Positions 36,301-51,300 of a DNA stretch of 64,000 nucleotides are shown here, piece by piece. Within the stretch, counting starts at the first letter, position 1. Each line of letters begins with the position of its first letter. The position numbers and the translations under genes were made by a program. Source of the stretch: Blastocladiella emersonii ATCC 22665 (Eukaryota > Fungi > Blastocladiomycota); NCBI GenBank assembly GCA_025594325.1, contig JANHCV010000013.1, positions 1 through 64,000 of the forward strand, read 5' to 3'. A model generated the notes under the pieces. The model did no database searches, was not told the origin of the DNA, and saw only the letters and a program-made list of their open reading frames with translations.

Positions 36301-39300
36301 AATATCCTCACGTCCACGTGGGCAAGGACCCAAAGCGCCAGGTATCCAAATCTACCCCGTTGTGCACACTCTCCATTATCCAAGTCTGTCATCCTACAAT
36401 TTTGGAACCCGTCGGCAAAGCTCACGGTCCAATCAACGAACAACAGCCAACCTGCCAACCTGGCTACCTACCTGCCTACCTGCCTAGCTGGCTATCTGCC
36501 TACCTGCAAACCTGCCAACCTGCCCTACCTGCTAACCAAACACACACACCGCCTCGCAAGTCCTTGTGGGCCCGCGCTCTCTGGTTGCCGTCCCAGCCAA
36601 CAAAGGAATGAATGATGAGCCCTGGCAGCCTGGCAGCCTGCCACACTGACAGCCTGGCAGCCTGCCACACTGACAGCCTGGCAGCCTGCCACACTGACAG
36701 CCTGACAGCGCCCACCCAGTAGTTATTAGCTACCTCGTATGTCGTCTGAGAGGGGTTCAGCAGTCAATATACGACTGGTCTCCTCCTGGCTGGCAGCTCT
36801 GCTGTCCACTCCAAGTCCTGCATGATGATGGGCCAAGGAGGGTTACGAGCAGCTCCTCTGTCTATCCGCGTGAAACCACTCACCCGCTGACGGATGTACA
36901 CCACGCACCGTGCAGCGCGCACAGCGCACAGCGCCCAACGCACCACGCGCTGCGCACACGGCGCAAACGGCCACCCTGGTGACACGCACACTCGCATGAA
37001 CGGCAGGCATGCAAGGCGTCCTGAACTCAACGATGATATATCGTCTAGGTCTGCTCGCTCCAACGGGTGCGCCTGCCTGCCCTCCCTGTGCCATGGATTG
37101 ATTGATTCATGTCCAGTGCTGCCCCCATGCTTGCTTTCATGGCCGCGGGGTCCGTCAGGACGCCTTGCAATGGGTGCGCCAACCCCTGTTGCCAGCCATG
37201 TGGCAAGAAACACCACAGCACCTGCGTCGCCCTGGCCACCGTACCTTGCAAACAGCGTAGCAGCCGTACTGCTTCAGAGGGCTGCAGAGGGCTGGCTGCG
37301 GAGGGCTGAGGCGGCAGGGCTCCTCCTGCAGGAGACAGTGCTGGGGCCAAGGAGTTAGTGCTAGGGACTACTAACTGAATGGTGAATGACCCACACACCA
37401 CATGCTCCTGGCAGGAGTGCGTGTGGGCGCGTGGGCCTGTGTCCGTGCGTGCCTGGATTAGTCCTCCATCACAAGTGACCAAGGTGACCAAGGTGACCAA
37501 GGTGACCAAGGTGACCAAGGTGACATGCAAGCACCAAGTTAGAGCGGCGGGGCAGCCATGGAAAGAAGGGCACAGGTACAAACTACCGTACCCTGGCCGC
37601 GGCCACTTGTCGCAGAACAGCCCTGCATGGCTCAGGACGCGGCGGGCGTTGGAGACAGGGTAGGTAGGTAGGTAGCAGCAGCAGCAGCAAGGAGCAGGAC
37701 CTGGCTGGCAAACAACACAAGTGAAGGCGTGCGTGATGGAGTAAGAGAGTGTTGAATGAATGGATGGGTGGATGCGATGCAGACCAGCATACGTGTCGTG
37801 CGTCGTCCGGATTGGTCGGCGACCACCCGCCAATCCTGCGGCATGGCTGTGGGGGCGGCAGTGGTGGTAGTGGAGCTAGAGTGGTGTCGTGGGGCTGGTG
37901 GGGTCCCCTCTCCTTCCTGTCTCGCCTAGGTGGGTGGGCGGACGTAGCGCGCATGCGGGCGGGCAAGGTAGGAACGTTGTTCAAGCAATGGATCATGTAC
38001 TTTATGGCATGTGATCTGCAAGACAGGGAGGGGGAGCGACTGTGTCTAATTTTGACCGAGGGACCTTGCTGCAGCCAACGTCTGGCCCAATCCGACCCTC
38101 CACAAATCGCAACATGCACGAAACAAATTAGCTGACGTTTGGGATGTACCAAACCAGCCACGTAGATAACTTTCATGGTACTCAAACAAGACCATACTCA
38201 AATCTTTGACTTCCTGCATGTCCAGCTAGCCAGGCTTCTGTAAATCACATTGATGACGCAACAAAATATCTGGCCATAAGAATATTGTAAACCAGCCACT
38301 CTGGCAATTGTCATGGCACTCAAACAAAACCATATTCAAATCTTCGACTTCCCGCATGCCCATGTGGGCAAGGACCTATAAATCACAGTATCGAACCAAC
38401 AAAATATCTGACCATAGAAACATAGTATACCAGCCACGAGGACAATTGTCATGGTACTCAAACAAAACCATATTCAAATCTTTGACTATTCACATGTCTA
38501 GCTGGTTGGCGACCCATAAATCGTAACATTGGAGCAACAAAATATCTGACCACGGAAATACAGTAAACAAGCCCCGGAGATAATTGTCATGGTTCTCAAA
38601 CAAAACCATATTCAGATCTTTGAATACCCCATGTCCAGGTGGTTGGGGGCCCAGAAATCGTAACATCGAACCAACAAAATATTTGACCATAGAAATATAC
38701 TAAACCAGCCACGTACGTAATTGTCGCGTTACTTAAACAAAACCATACTCAAAACTTTGACTTCCCGCATGTTCACCTAGCCAGGTACCCATAAATCACA
38801 GTATCGAGCCAACAAAAGATCTGACAATGGAAATATAGTAAACCGGCCGCGGAGAGAATTCTCATGGTACTCAAATGAAACCATACTCAAATCTATGACT
38901 TCCCACATGTCCAGCTGGTTGAGGACCCATAAATCGTAACGTCAAAGCAACAATGTATCTGACCATGGGAATATAGTAAACGAGCCCCGGAGATAATTGT
39001 CATGGTACGCAAACAAAACCATACTCAAGTCTATGCCTTCCCACATGTCCAGCTGGTTGGGGATCCATAAATCCCAGTATCGAACCAACAAGATATCTGA
39101 CCATTGGACTATATGTAACCGATCCCGTAGGTAATTGTCATGATACCCAAACAAAACCATATTCAAATCTTTCACATCCCGCATGTCCAGCTAGCCAGGG
39201 ACCCATAAATCACAGTATCCAACCAACAAAGTATCTGACCAAAGAAAGATCATAAACCAGCCACGCAGATAATTGTCATGGTATTCAAACAAAACCATAC

Positions 39301-42300
39301 TCAAATCTTCGAATACCCGATGTCCAGGTGGGCAAGGGCCTATACATCACAGTGTTGAACCAACAAAGTATCTGACGATCGGGATGTATCAAACCGGCCA
39401 TGCTGATAATTGTCATGGTACTCAAACATAATCATAGTCAAGTCTTCGAATATCCTCACGTCCACGTGGGCAAGGACCCAAAGCGCCAGGTATCCAAATC
39501 TACCCCGTTGTGCACACTCTCCATTATCCAAGTCTGTCATCCTACAATTTTGGAACCCGTCGGCAAAGCTCACGGTCCAATCAACGAACAACAGCCAACC
39601 TGCCAACCTGGCTACCTACCTGCCTACCTGCCTAGCTGGCTATCTGCCTACCTGCAAACCTGCCAACCTGCCCTACCTGCTAACCAAACACACACACCGC
39701 CTCGCAAGTCCTTGTGGGCCCGCGCTCTCTGGTTGCCGTCCCAGCCAACAAAGGAATGAATGATGAGCCCTGGCAGCCTGGCAGCCTGCCACACTGACAG
39801 CCTGGCAGCCTGCCACACTGACAGCCTGACAGCGCCCACCCAGTAGTTATTAGCTACCTCGTATGTCGTCTGAGAGGGGTTCAGCAGTCAATATACGACT
39901 GGTCTCCTCCTGGCTGGCAGCTCTGCTGTCCACTCCAAGTCCTGCATGATGATGGGCCAAGGAGGGTTACGAGCAGCTCCTCTGTCTATCCGCGTGAAAC
40001 CACTCACCCGCTGACGGATGTACACCACGCACCGTGCAGCGCGCACAGCGCACAGCGCCCAACGCACCACGCGCTGCGCACACGGCGCAAACGGCCACCC
40101 TGGTGACACGCACACTCGCATGAACGGCAGGCATGCAAGGCGTCCTGAACTCAACGATGATATATCGTCTAGGTCTGCTCGCTCCAACGGGTGCGCCTGC
40201 CTGCCCTCCCTGTGCCATGGATTGATTGATTCATGTCCAGTGCTGCCCCCATGCTTGCTTTCATGGCCGCGGGGTCCGTCAGGACGCCTTGCAATGGGTG
40301 CGCCAACCCCTGTTGCCAGCCATGTGGCAAGAAACACCACAGCACCTGCGTCGCCCTGGCCACCGTACCTTGCAAACAGCGTAGCAGCCGTACTGCTTCA
40401 GAGGGCTGCAGAGGGCTGGCTGCGGAGGGCTGAGGCGGCAGGGCTCCTCCTGCAGGAGACAGTGCTGGGGCCAAGGAGTTAGTGCTAGGGACTACTAACT
40501 GAATGGTGAATGACCCACACACCACATGCTCCTGGCAGGAGTGCGTGTGGGCGCGTGGGCCTGTGTCCGTGCGTGCCTGGATTAGTCCTCCATCACAAGT
40601 GACCAAGGTGACCAAGGTGACCAAGGTGACCAAGGTGACCAAGGTGACATGCAAGCACCAAGTTAGAGCGGCGGGGCAGCCATGGAAAGAAGGGCACAGG
40701 TACAAACTACCGTACCCTGGCCGCGGCCACTTGTCGCAGAACAGCCCTGCATGGCTCAGGACGCGGCGGGCGTTGGAGACAGGGTAGGTAGGTAGGTAGC
40801 AGCAGCAGCAGCAAGGAGCAGGACCTGGCTGGCAAACAACACAAGTGAAGGCGTGCGTGATGGAGTAAGAGAGTGTTGAATGAATGGATGGGTGGATGCG
40901 ATGCAGACCAGCATACGTGTCGTGCGTCGTCCGGATTGGTCGGCGACCACCCGCCAATCCTGCGGCATGGCTGTGGGGGCGGCAGTGGTGGTAGTGGAGC
41001 TAGAGTGGTGTCGTGGGGCTGGTGGGGTCCCCTCTCCTTCCTGTCTCGCCTAGGTGGGTGGGCGGACGTAGCGCGCATGCGGGCGGGCAAGGTAGGAACG
41101 TTGTTCAAGCAATGGATCATGTACTTTATGGCATGTGATCTGCAAGACAGGGAGGGGGAGCGACTGTGTCTAATTTTGACCGAGGGACCTTGCTGCAGCC
41201 AACGTCTGGCCCAATCCGACCCTCCACAAATCGCAACATGCACGAAACAAATTAGCTGACGTTTGGGATGTACCAAACCAGCCACGTAGATAACTTTCAT
41301 GGTACTCAAACAAGACCATACTCAAATCTTTGACTTCCTGCATGTCCAGCTAGCCAGGCTTCTGTAAATCACATTGATGACGCAACAAAATATCTGGCCA
41401 TAAGAATATTGTAAACCAGCCACTCTGGCAATTGTCATGGCACTCAAACAAAACCATATTCAAATCTTCGACTTCCCGCATGCCCATGTGGGCAAGGACC
41501 TATAAATCACAGTATCGAACCAACAAAATATCTGACCATAGAAACATAGTATACCAGCCACGAGGACAATTGTCATGGTACTCAAACAAAACCATATTCA
41601 AATCTTTGACTATTCACATGTCTAGCTGGTTGGCGACCCATAAATCGTAACATTGGAGCAACAAAATATCTGACCACGGAAATACAGTAAACAAGCCCCG
41701 GAGATAATTGTCATGGTTCTCAAACAAAACCATATTCAGATCTTTGAATACCCCATGTCCAGGTGGTTGGGGGCCCAGAAATCGTAACATCGAACCAACA
41801 AAATATTTGACCATAGAAATATACTAAACCAGCCACGTACGTAATTGTCGCGTTACTTAAACAAAACCATACTCAAAACTTTGACTTCCCGCATGTTCAC
41901 CTAGCCAGGTACCCATAAATCACAGTATCGAGCCAACAAAAGATCTGACAATGGAAATATAGTAAACCGGCCGCGGAGAGAATTCTCATGGTACTCAAAT
42001 GAAACCATACTCAAATCTATGACTTCCCACATGTCCAGCTGGTTGAGGACCCATAAATCGTAACGTCAAAGCAACAATGTATCTGACCATGGGAATATAG
42101 TAAACGAGCCCCGGAGATAATTGTCATGGTACGCAAACAAAACCATACTCAAGTCTATGCCTTCCCACATGTCCAGCTGGTTGGGGATCCATAAATCCCA
42201 GTATCGAACCAACAAGATATCTGACCATTGGACTATATGTAACCGATCCCGTAGGTAATTGTCATGATACCCAAACAAAACCATATTCAAATCTTTCACA

Positions 42301-45300
42301 TCCCGCATGTCCAGCTAGCCAGGGACCCATAAATCACAGTATCCAACCAACAAAGTATCTGACCAAAGAAAGATCATAAACCAGCCACGCAGATAATTGT
42401 CATGGTATTCAAACAAAACCATACTCAAATCTTCGAATACCCGATGTCCAGGTGGGCAAGGGCCTATACATCACAGTGTTGAACCAACAAAGTATCTGAC
42501 GATCGGGATGTATCAAACCGGCCATGCTGATAATTGTCATGGTACTCAAACATAATCATAGTCAAGTCTTCGAATATCCTCACGTCCACGTGGGCAAGGA
42601 CCCAAAGCGCCAGGTATCCAAATCTACCCCGTTGTGCACACTCTCCATTATCCAAGTCTGTCATCCTACAATTTTGGAACCCGTCGGCAAAGCTCACGGT
42701 CCAATCAACGAACAACAGCCAACCTGCCAACCTGGCTACCTACCTGCCTACCTGCCTAGCTGGCTATCTGCCTACCTGCAAACCTGCCAACCTGCCCTAC
42801 CTGCTAACCAAACACACACACCGCCTCGCAAGTCCTTGTGGGCCCGCGCTCTCTGGTTGCCGTCCCAGCCAACAAAGGAATGAATGATGAGCCCTGGCAG
42901 CCTGGCAGCCTGCCACACTGACAGCCTGGCAGCCTGCCACACTGACAGCCTGGCAGCCTGCCACACTGACAGCCTGACAGCGCCCACCCAGTAGTTATTA
43001 GCTACCTCGTATGTCGTCTGAGAGGGGTTCAGCAGTCAATATACGACTGGTCTCCTCCTGGCTGGCAGCTCTGCTGTCCACTCCAAGTCCTGCATGATGA
43101 TGGGCCAAGGAGGGTTACGAGCAGCTCCTCTGTCTATCCGCGTGAAACCACTCACCCGCTGACGGATGTACACCACGCACCGTGCAGCGCGCACAGCGCA
43201 CAGCGCCCAACGCACCACGCGCTGCGCACACGGCGCAAACGGCCACCCTGGTGACACGCACACTCGCATGAACGGCAGGCATGCAAGGCGTCCTGAACTC
43301 AACGATGATATATCGTCTAGGTCTGCTCGCTCCAACGGGTGCGCCTGCCTGCCCTCCCTGTGCCATGGATTGATTGATTCATGTCCAGTGCTGCCCCCAT
43401 GCTTGCTTTCATGGCCGCGGGGTCCGTCAGGACGCCTTGCAATGGGTGCGCCAACCCCTGTTGCCAGCCATGTGGCAAGAAACACCACAGCACCTGCGTC
43501 GCCCTGGCCACCGTACCTTGCAAACAGCGTAGCAGCCGTACTGCTTCAGAGGGCTGCAGAGGGCTGGCTGCGGAGGGCTGAGGCGGCAGGGCTCCTCCTG
43601 CAGGAGACAGTGCTGGGGCCAAGGAGTTAGTGCTAGGGACTACTAACTGAATGGTGAATGACCCACACACCACATGCTCCTGGCAGGAGTGCGTGTGGGC
43701 GCGTGGGCCTGTGTCCGTGCGTGCCTGGATTAGTCCTCCATCACAAGTGACCAAGGTGACCAAGGTGACCAAGGTGACCAAGGTGACCAAGGTGACATGC
43801 AAGCACCAAGTTAGAGCGGCGGGGCAGCCATGGAAAGAAGGGCACAGGTACAAACTACCGTACCCTGGCCGCGGCCACTTGTCGCAGAACAGCCCTGCAT
43901 GGCTCAGGACGCGGCGGGCGTTGGAGACAGGGTAGGTAGGTAGGTAGCAGCAGCAGCAGCAAGGAGCAGGACCTGGCTGGCAAACAACACAAGTGAAGGC
44001 GTGCGTGATGGAGTAAGAGAGTGTTGAATGAATGGATGGGTGGATGCGATGCAGACCAGCATACGTGTCGTGCGTCGTCCGGATTGGTCGGCGACCACCC
44101 GCCAATCCTGCGGCATGGCTGTGGGGGCGGCAGTGGTGGTAGTGGAGCTAGAGTGGTGTCGTGGGGCTGGTGGGGTCCCCTCTCCTTCCTGTCTCGCCTA
44201 GGTGGGTGGGCGGACGTAGCGCGCATGCGGGCGGGCAAGGTAGGAACGTTGTTCAAGCAATGGATCATGTACTTTATGGCATGTGATCTGCAAGACAGGG
44301 AGGGGGAGCGACTGTGTCTAATTTTGACCGAGGGACCTTGCTGCAGCCAACGTCTGGCCCAATCCGACCCTCCACAAATCGCAACATGCACGAAACAAAT
44401 TAGCTGACGTTTGGGATGTACCAAACCAGCCACGTAGATAACTTTCATGGTACTCAAACAAGACCATACTCAAATCTTTGACTTCCTGCATGTCCAGCTA
44501 GCCAGGCTTCTGTAAATCACATTGATGACGCAACAAAATATCTGGCCATAAGAATATTGTAAACCAGCCACTCTGGCAATTGTCATGGCACTCAAACAAA
44601 ACCATATTCAAATCTTCGACTTCCCGCATGCCCATGTGGGCAAGGACCTATAAATCACAGTATCGAACCAACAAAATATCTGACCATAGAAACATAGTAT
44701 ACCAGCCACGAGGACAATTGTCATGGTACTCAAACAAAACCATATTCAAATCTTTGACTATTCACATGTCTAGCTGGTTGGCGACCCATAAATCGTAACA
44801 TTGGAGCAACAAAATATCTGACCACGGAAATACAGTAAACAAGCCCCGGAGATAATTGTCATGGTTCTCAAACAAAACCATATTCAGATCTTTGAATACC
44901 CCATGTCCAGGTGGTTGGGGGCCCAGAAATCGTAACATCGAACCAACAAAATATTTGACCATAGAAATATACTAAACCAGCCACGTACGTAATTGTCGCG
45001 TTACTTAAACAAAACCATACTCAAAACTTTGACTTCCCGCATGTTCACCTAGCCAGGTACCCATAAATCACAGTATCGAGCCAACAAAAGATCTGACAAT
45101 GGAAATATAGTAAACCGGCCGCGGAGAGAATTCTCATGGTACTCAAATGAAACCATACTCAAATCTATGACTTCCCACATGTCCAGCTGGTTGAGGACCC
45201 ATAAATCGTAACGTCAAAGCAACAATGTATCTGACCATGGGAATATAGTAAACGAGCCCCGGAGATAATTGTCATGGTACGCAAACAAAACCATACTCAA

Positions 45301-48300
45301 GTCTATGCCTTCCCACATGTCCAGCTGGTTGGGGATCCATAAATCCCAGTATCGAACCAACAAGATATCTGACCATTGGACTATATGTAACCGATCCCGT
45401 AGGTAATTGTCATGATACCCAAACAAAACCATATTCAAATCTTTCACATCCCGCATGTCCAGCTAGCCAGGGACCCATAAATCACAGTATCCAACCAACA
45501 AAGTATCTGACCAAAGAAAGATCATAAACCAGCCACGCAGATAATTGTCATGGTATTCAAACAAAACCATACTCAAATCTTCGAATACCCGATGTCCAGG
45601 TGGGCAAGGGCCTATACATCACAGTGTTGAACCAACAAAGTATCTGACGATCGGGATGTATCAAACCGGCCATGCTGATAATTGTCATGGTACTCAAACA
45701 TAATCATAGTCAAGTCTTCGAATATCCTCACGTCCACGTGGGCAAGGACCCAAAGCGCCAGGTATCCAAATCTACCCCGTTGTGCACACTCTCCATTATC
45801 CAAGTCTGTCATCCTACAATTTTGGAACCCGTCGGCAAAGCTCACGGTCCAATCAACGAACAACAGCCAACCTGCCAACCTGGCTACCTACCTGCCTACC
45901 TGCCTAGCTGGCTATCTGCCTACCTGCAAACCTGCCAACCTGCCCTACCTGCTAACCAAACACACACACCGCCTCGCAAGTCCTTGTGGGCCCGCGCTCT
46001 CTGGTTGCCGTCCCAGCCAACAAAGGAATGAATGATGAGCCCTGGCAGCCTGGCAGCCTGCCACACTGACAGCCTGGCAGCCTGCCACACTGACAGCCTG
46101 GCAGCCTGCCACACTGACAGCCTGACAGCGCCCACCCAGTAGTTATTAGCTACCTCGTATGTCGTCTGAGAGGGGTTCAGCAGTCAATATACGACTGGTC
46201 TCCTCCTGGCTGGCAGCTCTGCTGTCCACTCCAAGTCCTGCATGATGATGGGCCAAGGAGGGTTACGAGCAGCTCCTCTGTCTATCCGCGTGAAACCACT
46301 CACCCGCTGACGGATGTACACCACGCACCGTGCAGCGCGCACAGCGCACAGCGCCCAACGCACCACGCGCTGCGCACACGGCGCAAACGGCCACCCTGGT
46401 GACACGCACACTCGCATGAACGGCAGGCATGCAAGGCGTCCTGAACTCAACGATGATATATCGTCTAGGTCTGCTCGCTCCAACGGGTGCGCCTGCCTGC
46501 CCTCCCTGTGCCATGGATTGATTGATTCATGTCCAGTGCTGCCCCCATGCTTGCTTTCATGGCCGCGGGGTCCGTCAGGACGCCTTGCAATGGGTGCGCC
46601 AACCCCTGTTGCCAGCCATGTGGCAAGAAACACCACAGCACCTGCGTCGCCCTGGCCACCGTACCTTGCAAACAGCGTAGCAGCCGTACTGCTTCAGAGG
46701 GCTGCAGAGGGCTGGCTGCGGAGGGCTGAGGCGGCAGGGCTCCTCCTGCAGGAGACAGTGCTGGGGCCAAGGAGTTAGTGCTAGGGACTACTAACTGAAT
46801 GGTGAATGACCCACACACCACATGCTCCTGGCAGGAGTGCGTGTGGGCGCGTGGGCCTGTGTCCGTGCGTGCCTGGATTAGTCCTCCATCACAAGTGACC
46901 AAGGTGACCAAGGTGACCAAGGTGACCAAGGTGACCAAGGTGACATGCAAGCACCAAGTTAGAGCGGCGGGGCAGCCATGGAAAGAAGGGCACAGGTACA
47001 AACTACCGTACCCTGGCCGCGGCCACTTGTCGCAGAACAGCCCTGCATGGCTCAGGACGCGGCGGGCGTTGGAGACAGGGTAGGTAGGTAGGTAGCAGCA
47101 GCAGCAGCAAGGAGCAGGACCTGGCTGGCAAACAACACAAGTGAAGGCGTGCGTGATGGAGTGAGAGAGTGTTGAATGAATGGATGGGTGGATGCGATGC
47201 AGACCAGCATACGTGTCGTGCGTCGTCCGGATTGGTCGGCGACCACCCGCCAATCCTGCGGCATGGCTGTGGGGGCGGCAGTGGTGGTAGTGGAGCTAGA
47301 GTGGTGTCGTGGGGCTGGTGGGGTCCCCTCTCCTTCCTGTCTCGCCTAGGTGGGTGGGCGGACGTAGCGCGCATGCGGGCGGGCAAGGTAGGAACGTTGT
47401 TCAAGCAATGGATCATGTACTTTATGGCATGTGATCTGCAAGACAGGGAGGGGGAGCGACTGTGTCTAATTTTGACCGAGGGACCTTGCTGCAGCCAACG
47501 TCTGGCCCAATCCGACCCTCCACAAATCGCAACATGCACGAAACAAATTAGCTGACGTTTGGGATGTACCAAACCAGCCACGTAGATAACTTTCATGGTA
47601 CTCAAACAAGACCATACTCAAATCTTTGACTTCCTGCATGTCCAGCTAGCCAGGCTTCTGTAAATCACATTGATGACGCAACAAAATATCTGGCCATAAG
47701 AATATTGTAAACCAGCCACTCTGGCAATTGTCATGGCACTCAAACAAAACCATATTCAAATCTTCGACTTCCCGCATGCCCATGTGGGCAAGGACCTATA
47801 AATCACAGTATCGAACCAACAAAATATCTGACCATAGAAACATAGTATACCAGCCACGAGGACAATTGTCATGGTACTCAAACAAAACCATATTCAAATC
47901 TTTGACTATTCACATGTCTAGCTGGTTGGCGACCCATAAATCGTAACATTGGAGCAACAAAATATCTGACCACGGAAATACAGTAAACAAGCCCCGGAGA
48001 TAATTGTCATGGTTCTCAAACAAAACCATATTCAGATCTTTGAATACCCCATGTCCAGGTGGTTGGGGGCCCAGAAATCGTAACATCGAACCAACAAAAT
48101 ATTTGACCATAGAAATATACTAAACCAGCCACGTACGTAATTGTCGCGTTACTTAAACAAAACCATACTCAAAACTTTGACTTCCCGCATGTTCACCTAG
48201 CCAGGTACCCATAAATCACAGTATCGAGCCAACAAAAGATCTGACAATGGAAATATAGTAAACCGGCCGCGGAGAGAATTCTCATGGTACTCAAATGAAA

Positions 48301-51300
48301 CCATACTCAAATCTATGACTTCCCACATGTCCAGCTGGTTGAGGACCCATAAATCGTAACGTCAAAGCAACAATGTATCTGACCATGGGAATATAGTAAA
48401 CGAGCCCCGGAGATAATTGTCATGGTACGCAAACAAAACCATACTCAAGTCTATGCCTTCCCACATGTCCAGCTGGTTGGGGATCCATAAATCCCAGTAT
48501 CGAACCAACAAGATATCTGACCATTGGACTATATGTAACCGATCCCGTAGGTAATTGTCATGATACCCAAACAAAACCATATTCAAATCTTTCACATCCC
48601 GCATGTCCAGCTAGCCAGGGACCCATAAATCACAGTATCCAACCAACAAAGTATCTGACCAAAGAAAGATCATAAACCAGCCACGCAGATAATTGTCATG
48701 GTATTCAAACAAAACCATACTCAAATCTTCGAATACCCGATGTCCAGGTGGGCAAGGGCCTATACATCACAGTGTTGAACCAACAAAGTATCTGACGATC
48801 GGGATGTATCAAACCGGCCATGCTGATAATTGTCATGGTACTCAAACATAATCATAGTCAAGTCTTCGAATATCCTCACGTCCACGTGGGCAAGGACCCA
48901 AAGCGCCAGGTATCCAAATCTACCCCGTTGTGCACACTCTCCATTATCCAAGTCTGTCATCCTACAATTTTGGAACCCGTCGGCAAAGCTCACGGTCCAA
49001 TCAACGAACAACAGCCAACCTGCCAACCTGGCTACCTACCTGCCTACCTGCCTAGCTGGCTATCTGCCTACCTGCAAACCTGCCAACCTGCCCTACCTGC
49101 TAACCAAACACACACACCGCCTCGCAAGTCCTTGTGGGCCCGCGCTCTCTGGTTGCCGTCCCAGCCAACAAAGGAATGAATGATGAGCCCTGGCAGCCTG
49201 GCAGCCTGCCACACTGACAGCCTGGCAGCCTGCCACACTGACAGCCTGGCAGCCTGCCACACTGACAGCCTGACAGCGCCCACCCAGTAGTTATTAGCTA
49301 CCTCGTATGTCGTCTGAGAGGGGTTCAGCAGTCAATATACGACTGGTCTCCTCCTGGCTGGCAGCTCTGCTGTCCACTCCAAGTCCTGCATGATGATGGG
49401 CCAAGGAGGGTTACGAGCAGCTCCTCTGTCTATCCGCGTGAAACCACTCACCCGCTGACGGATGTACACCACGCACCGTGCAGCGCGCACAGCGCACAGC
49501 GCCCAACGCACCACGCGCTGCGCACACGGCGCAAACGGCCACCCTGGTGACACGCACACTCGCATGAACGGCAGGCATGCAAGGCGTCCTGAACTCAACG
49601 ATGATATATCGTCTAGGTCTGCTCGCTCCAACGGGTGCGCCTGCCTGCCCTCCCTGTGCCATGGATTGATTGATTCATGTCCAGTGCTGCCCCCATGCTT
49701 GCTTTCATGGCCGCGGGGTCCGTCAGGACGCCTTGCAATGGGTGCGCCAACCCCTGTTGCCAGCCATGTGGCAAGAAACACCACAGCACCTGCGTCGCCC
49801 TGGCCACCGTACCTTGCAAACAGCGTAGCAGCCGTACTGCTTCAGAGGGCTGCAGAGGGCTGGCTGCGGAGGGCTGAGGCGGCAGGGCTCCTCCTGCAGG
49901 AGACAGTGCTGGGGCCAAGGAGTTAGTGCTAGGGACTACTAACTGAATGGTGAATGACCCACACACCACATGCTCCTGGCAGGAGTGCGTGTGGGCGCGT
50001 GGGCCTGTGTCCGTGCGTGCCTGGATTAGTCCTCCATCACAAGTGACCAAGGTGACCAAGGTGACCAAGGTGACCAAGGTGACCAAGGTGACATGCAAGC
50101 ACCAAGTTAGAGCGGCGGGGCAGCCATGGAAAGAAGGGCACAGGTACAAACTACCGTACCCTGGCCGCGGCCACTAGTCGCAGAACAGCCCTGCATGGCT
50201 CAGGACGCGGCGGGCGTTGGAGACAGGGTAGGTAGGTAGGTAGCAGCAGCAGCAGCAAGGAGCAGGACCTGGCTGGCAAACAACACAAGTGAAGGCGTGC
50301 GTGATGGAGTGAGAGAGTGTTGAATGAATGGATGGGTGGATGCGATGCAGACCAGCATACGTGTCGTGCGTCGTCCGGATTGGTCGGCGACCACCCGCCA
50401 ATCCTGCGGCATGGCTGTGGGGGCGGCAGTGGTGGTAGTGGAGCTAGAGTGGTGTCGTGGGGCTGGTGGGGTCCCCTCTCCTTCCTGTCTCGCCTAGGTG
50501 GGTGGGCGGACGTAGCGCGCATGCGGGCGGGCAAGGTAGGAACGTTGTTCAAGCAATGGATCATGTACTTTATGGCATGTGATCTGCAAGACAGGGAGGG
50601 GGAGCGACTGTGTCTAATTTTGACCGAGGGACCTTGCTGCAGCCAACGTCTGGCCCAATCCGACCCTCCACAAATCGCAACATGCACGAAACAAATTAGC
50701 TGACGTTTGGGATGTACCAAACCAGCCACGTAGATAACTTTCATGGTACTCAAACAAGACCATACTCAAATCTTTGACTTCCTGCATGTCCAGCTAGCCA
50801 GGCTTCTGTAAATCACATTGATGACGCAACAAAATATCTGGCCATAAGAATATTGTAAACCAGCCACTCTGGCAATTGTCATGGCACTCAAACAAAACCA
50901 TATTCAAATCTTCGACTTCCCGCATGCCCATGTGGGCAAGGACCTATAAATCACAGTATCGAACCAACAAAATATCTGACCATAGAAACATAGTATACCA
51001 GCCACGAGGACAATTGTCATGGTACTCAAACAAAACCATATTCAAATCTTTGACTATTCACATGTCTAGCTGGTTGGCGACCCATAAATCGTAACATTGG
51101 AGCAACAAAATATCTGACCACGGAAATACAGTAAACAAGCCCCGGAGATAATTGTCATGGTTCTCAAACAAAACCATATTCAGATCTTTGAATACCCCAT
51201 GTCCAGGTGGTTGGGGGCCCAGAAATCGTAACATCGAACCAACAAAATATTTGACCATAGAAATATACTAAACCAGCCACGTACGTAATTGTCGCGTTAC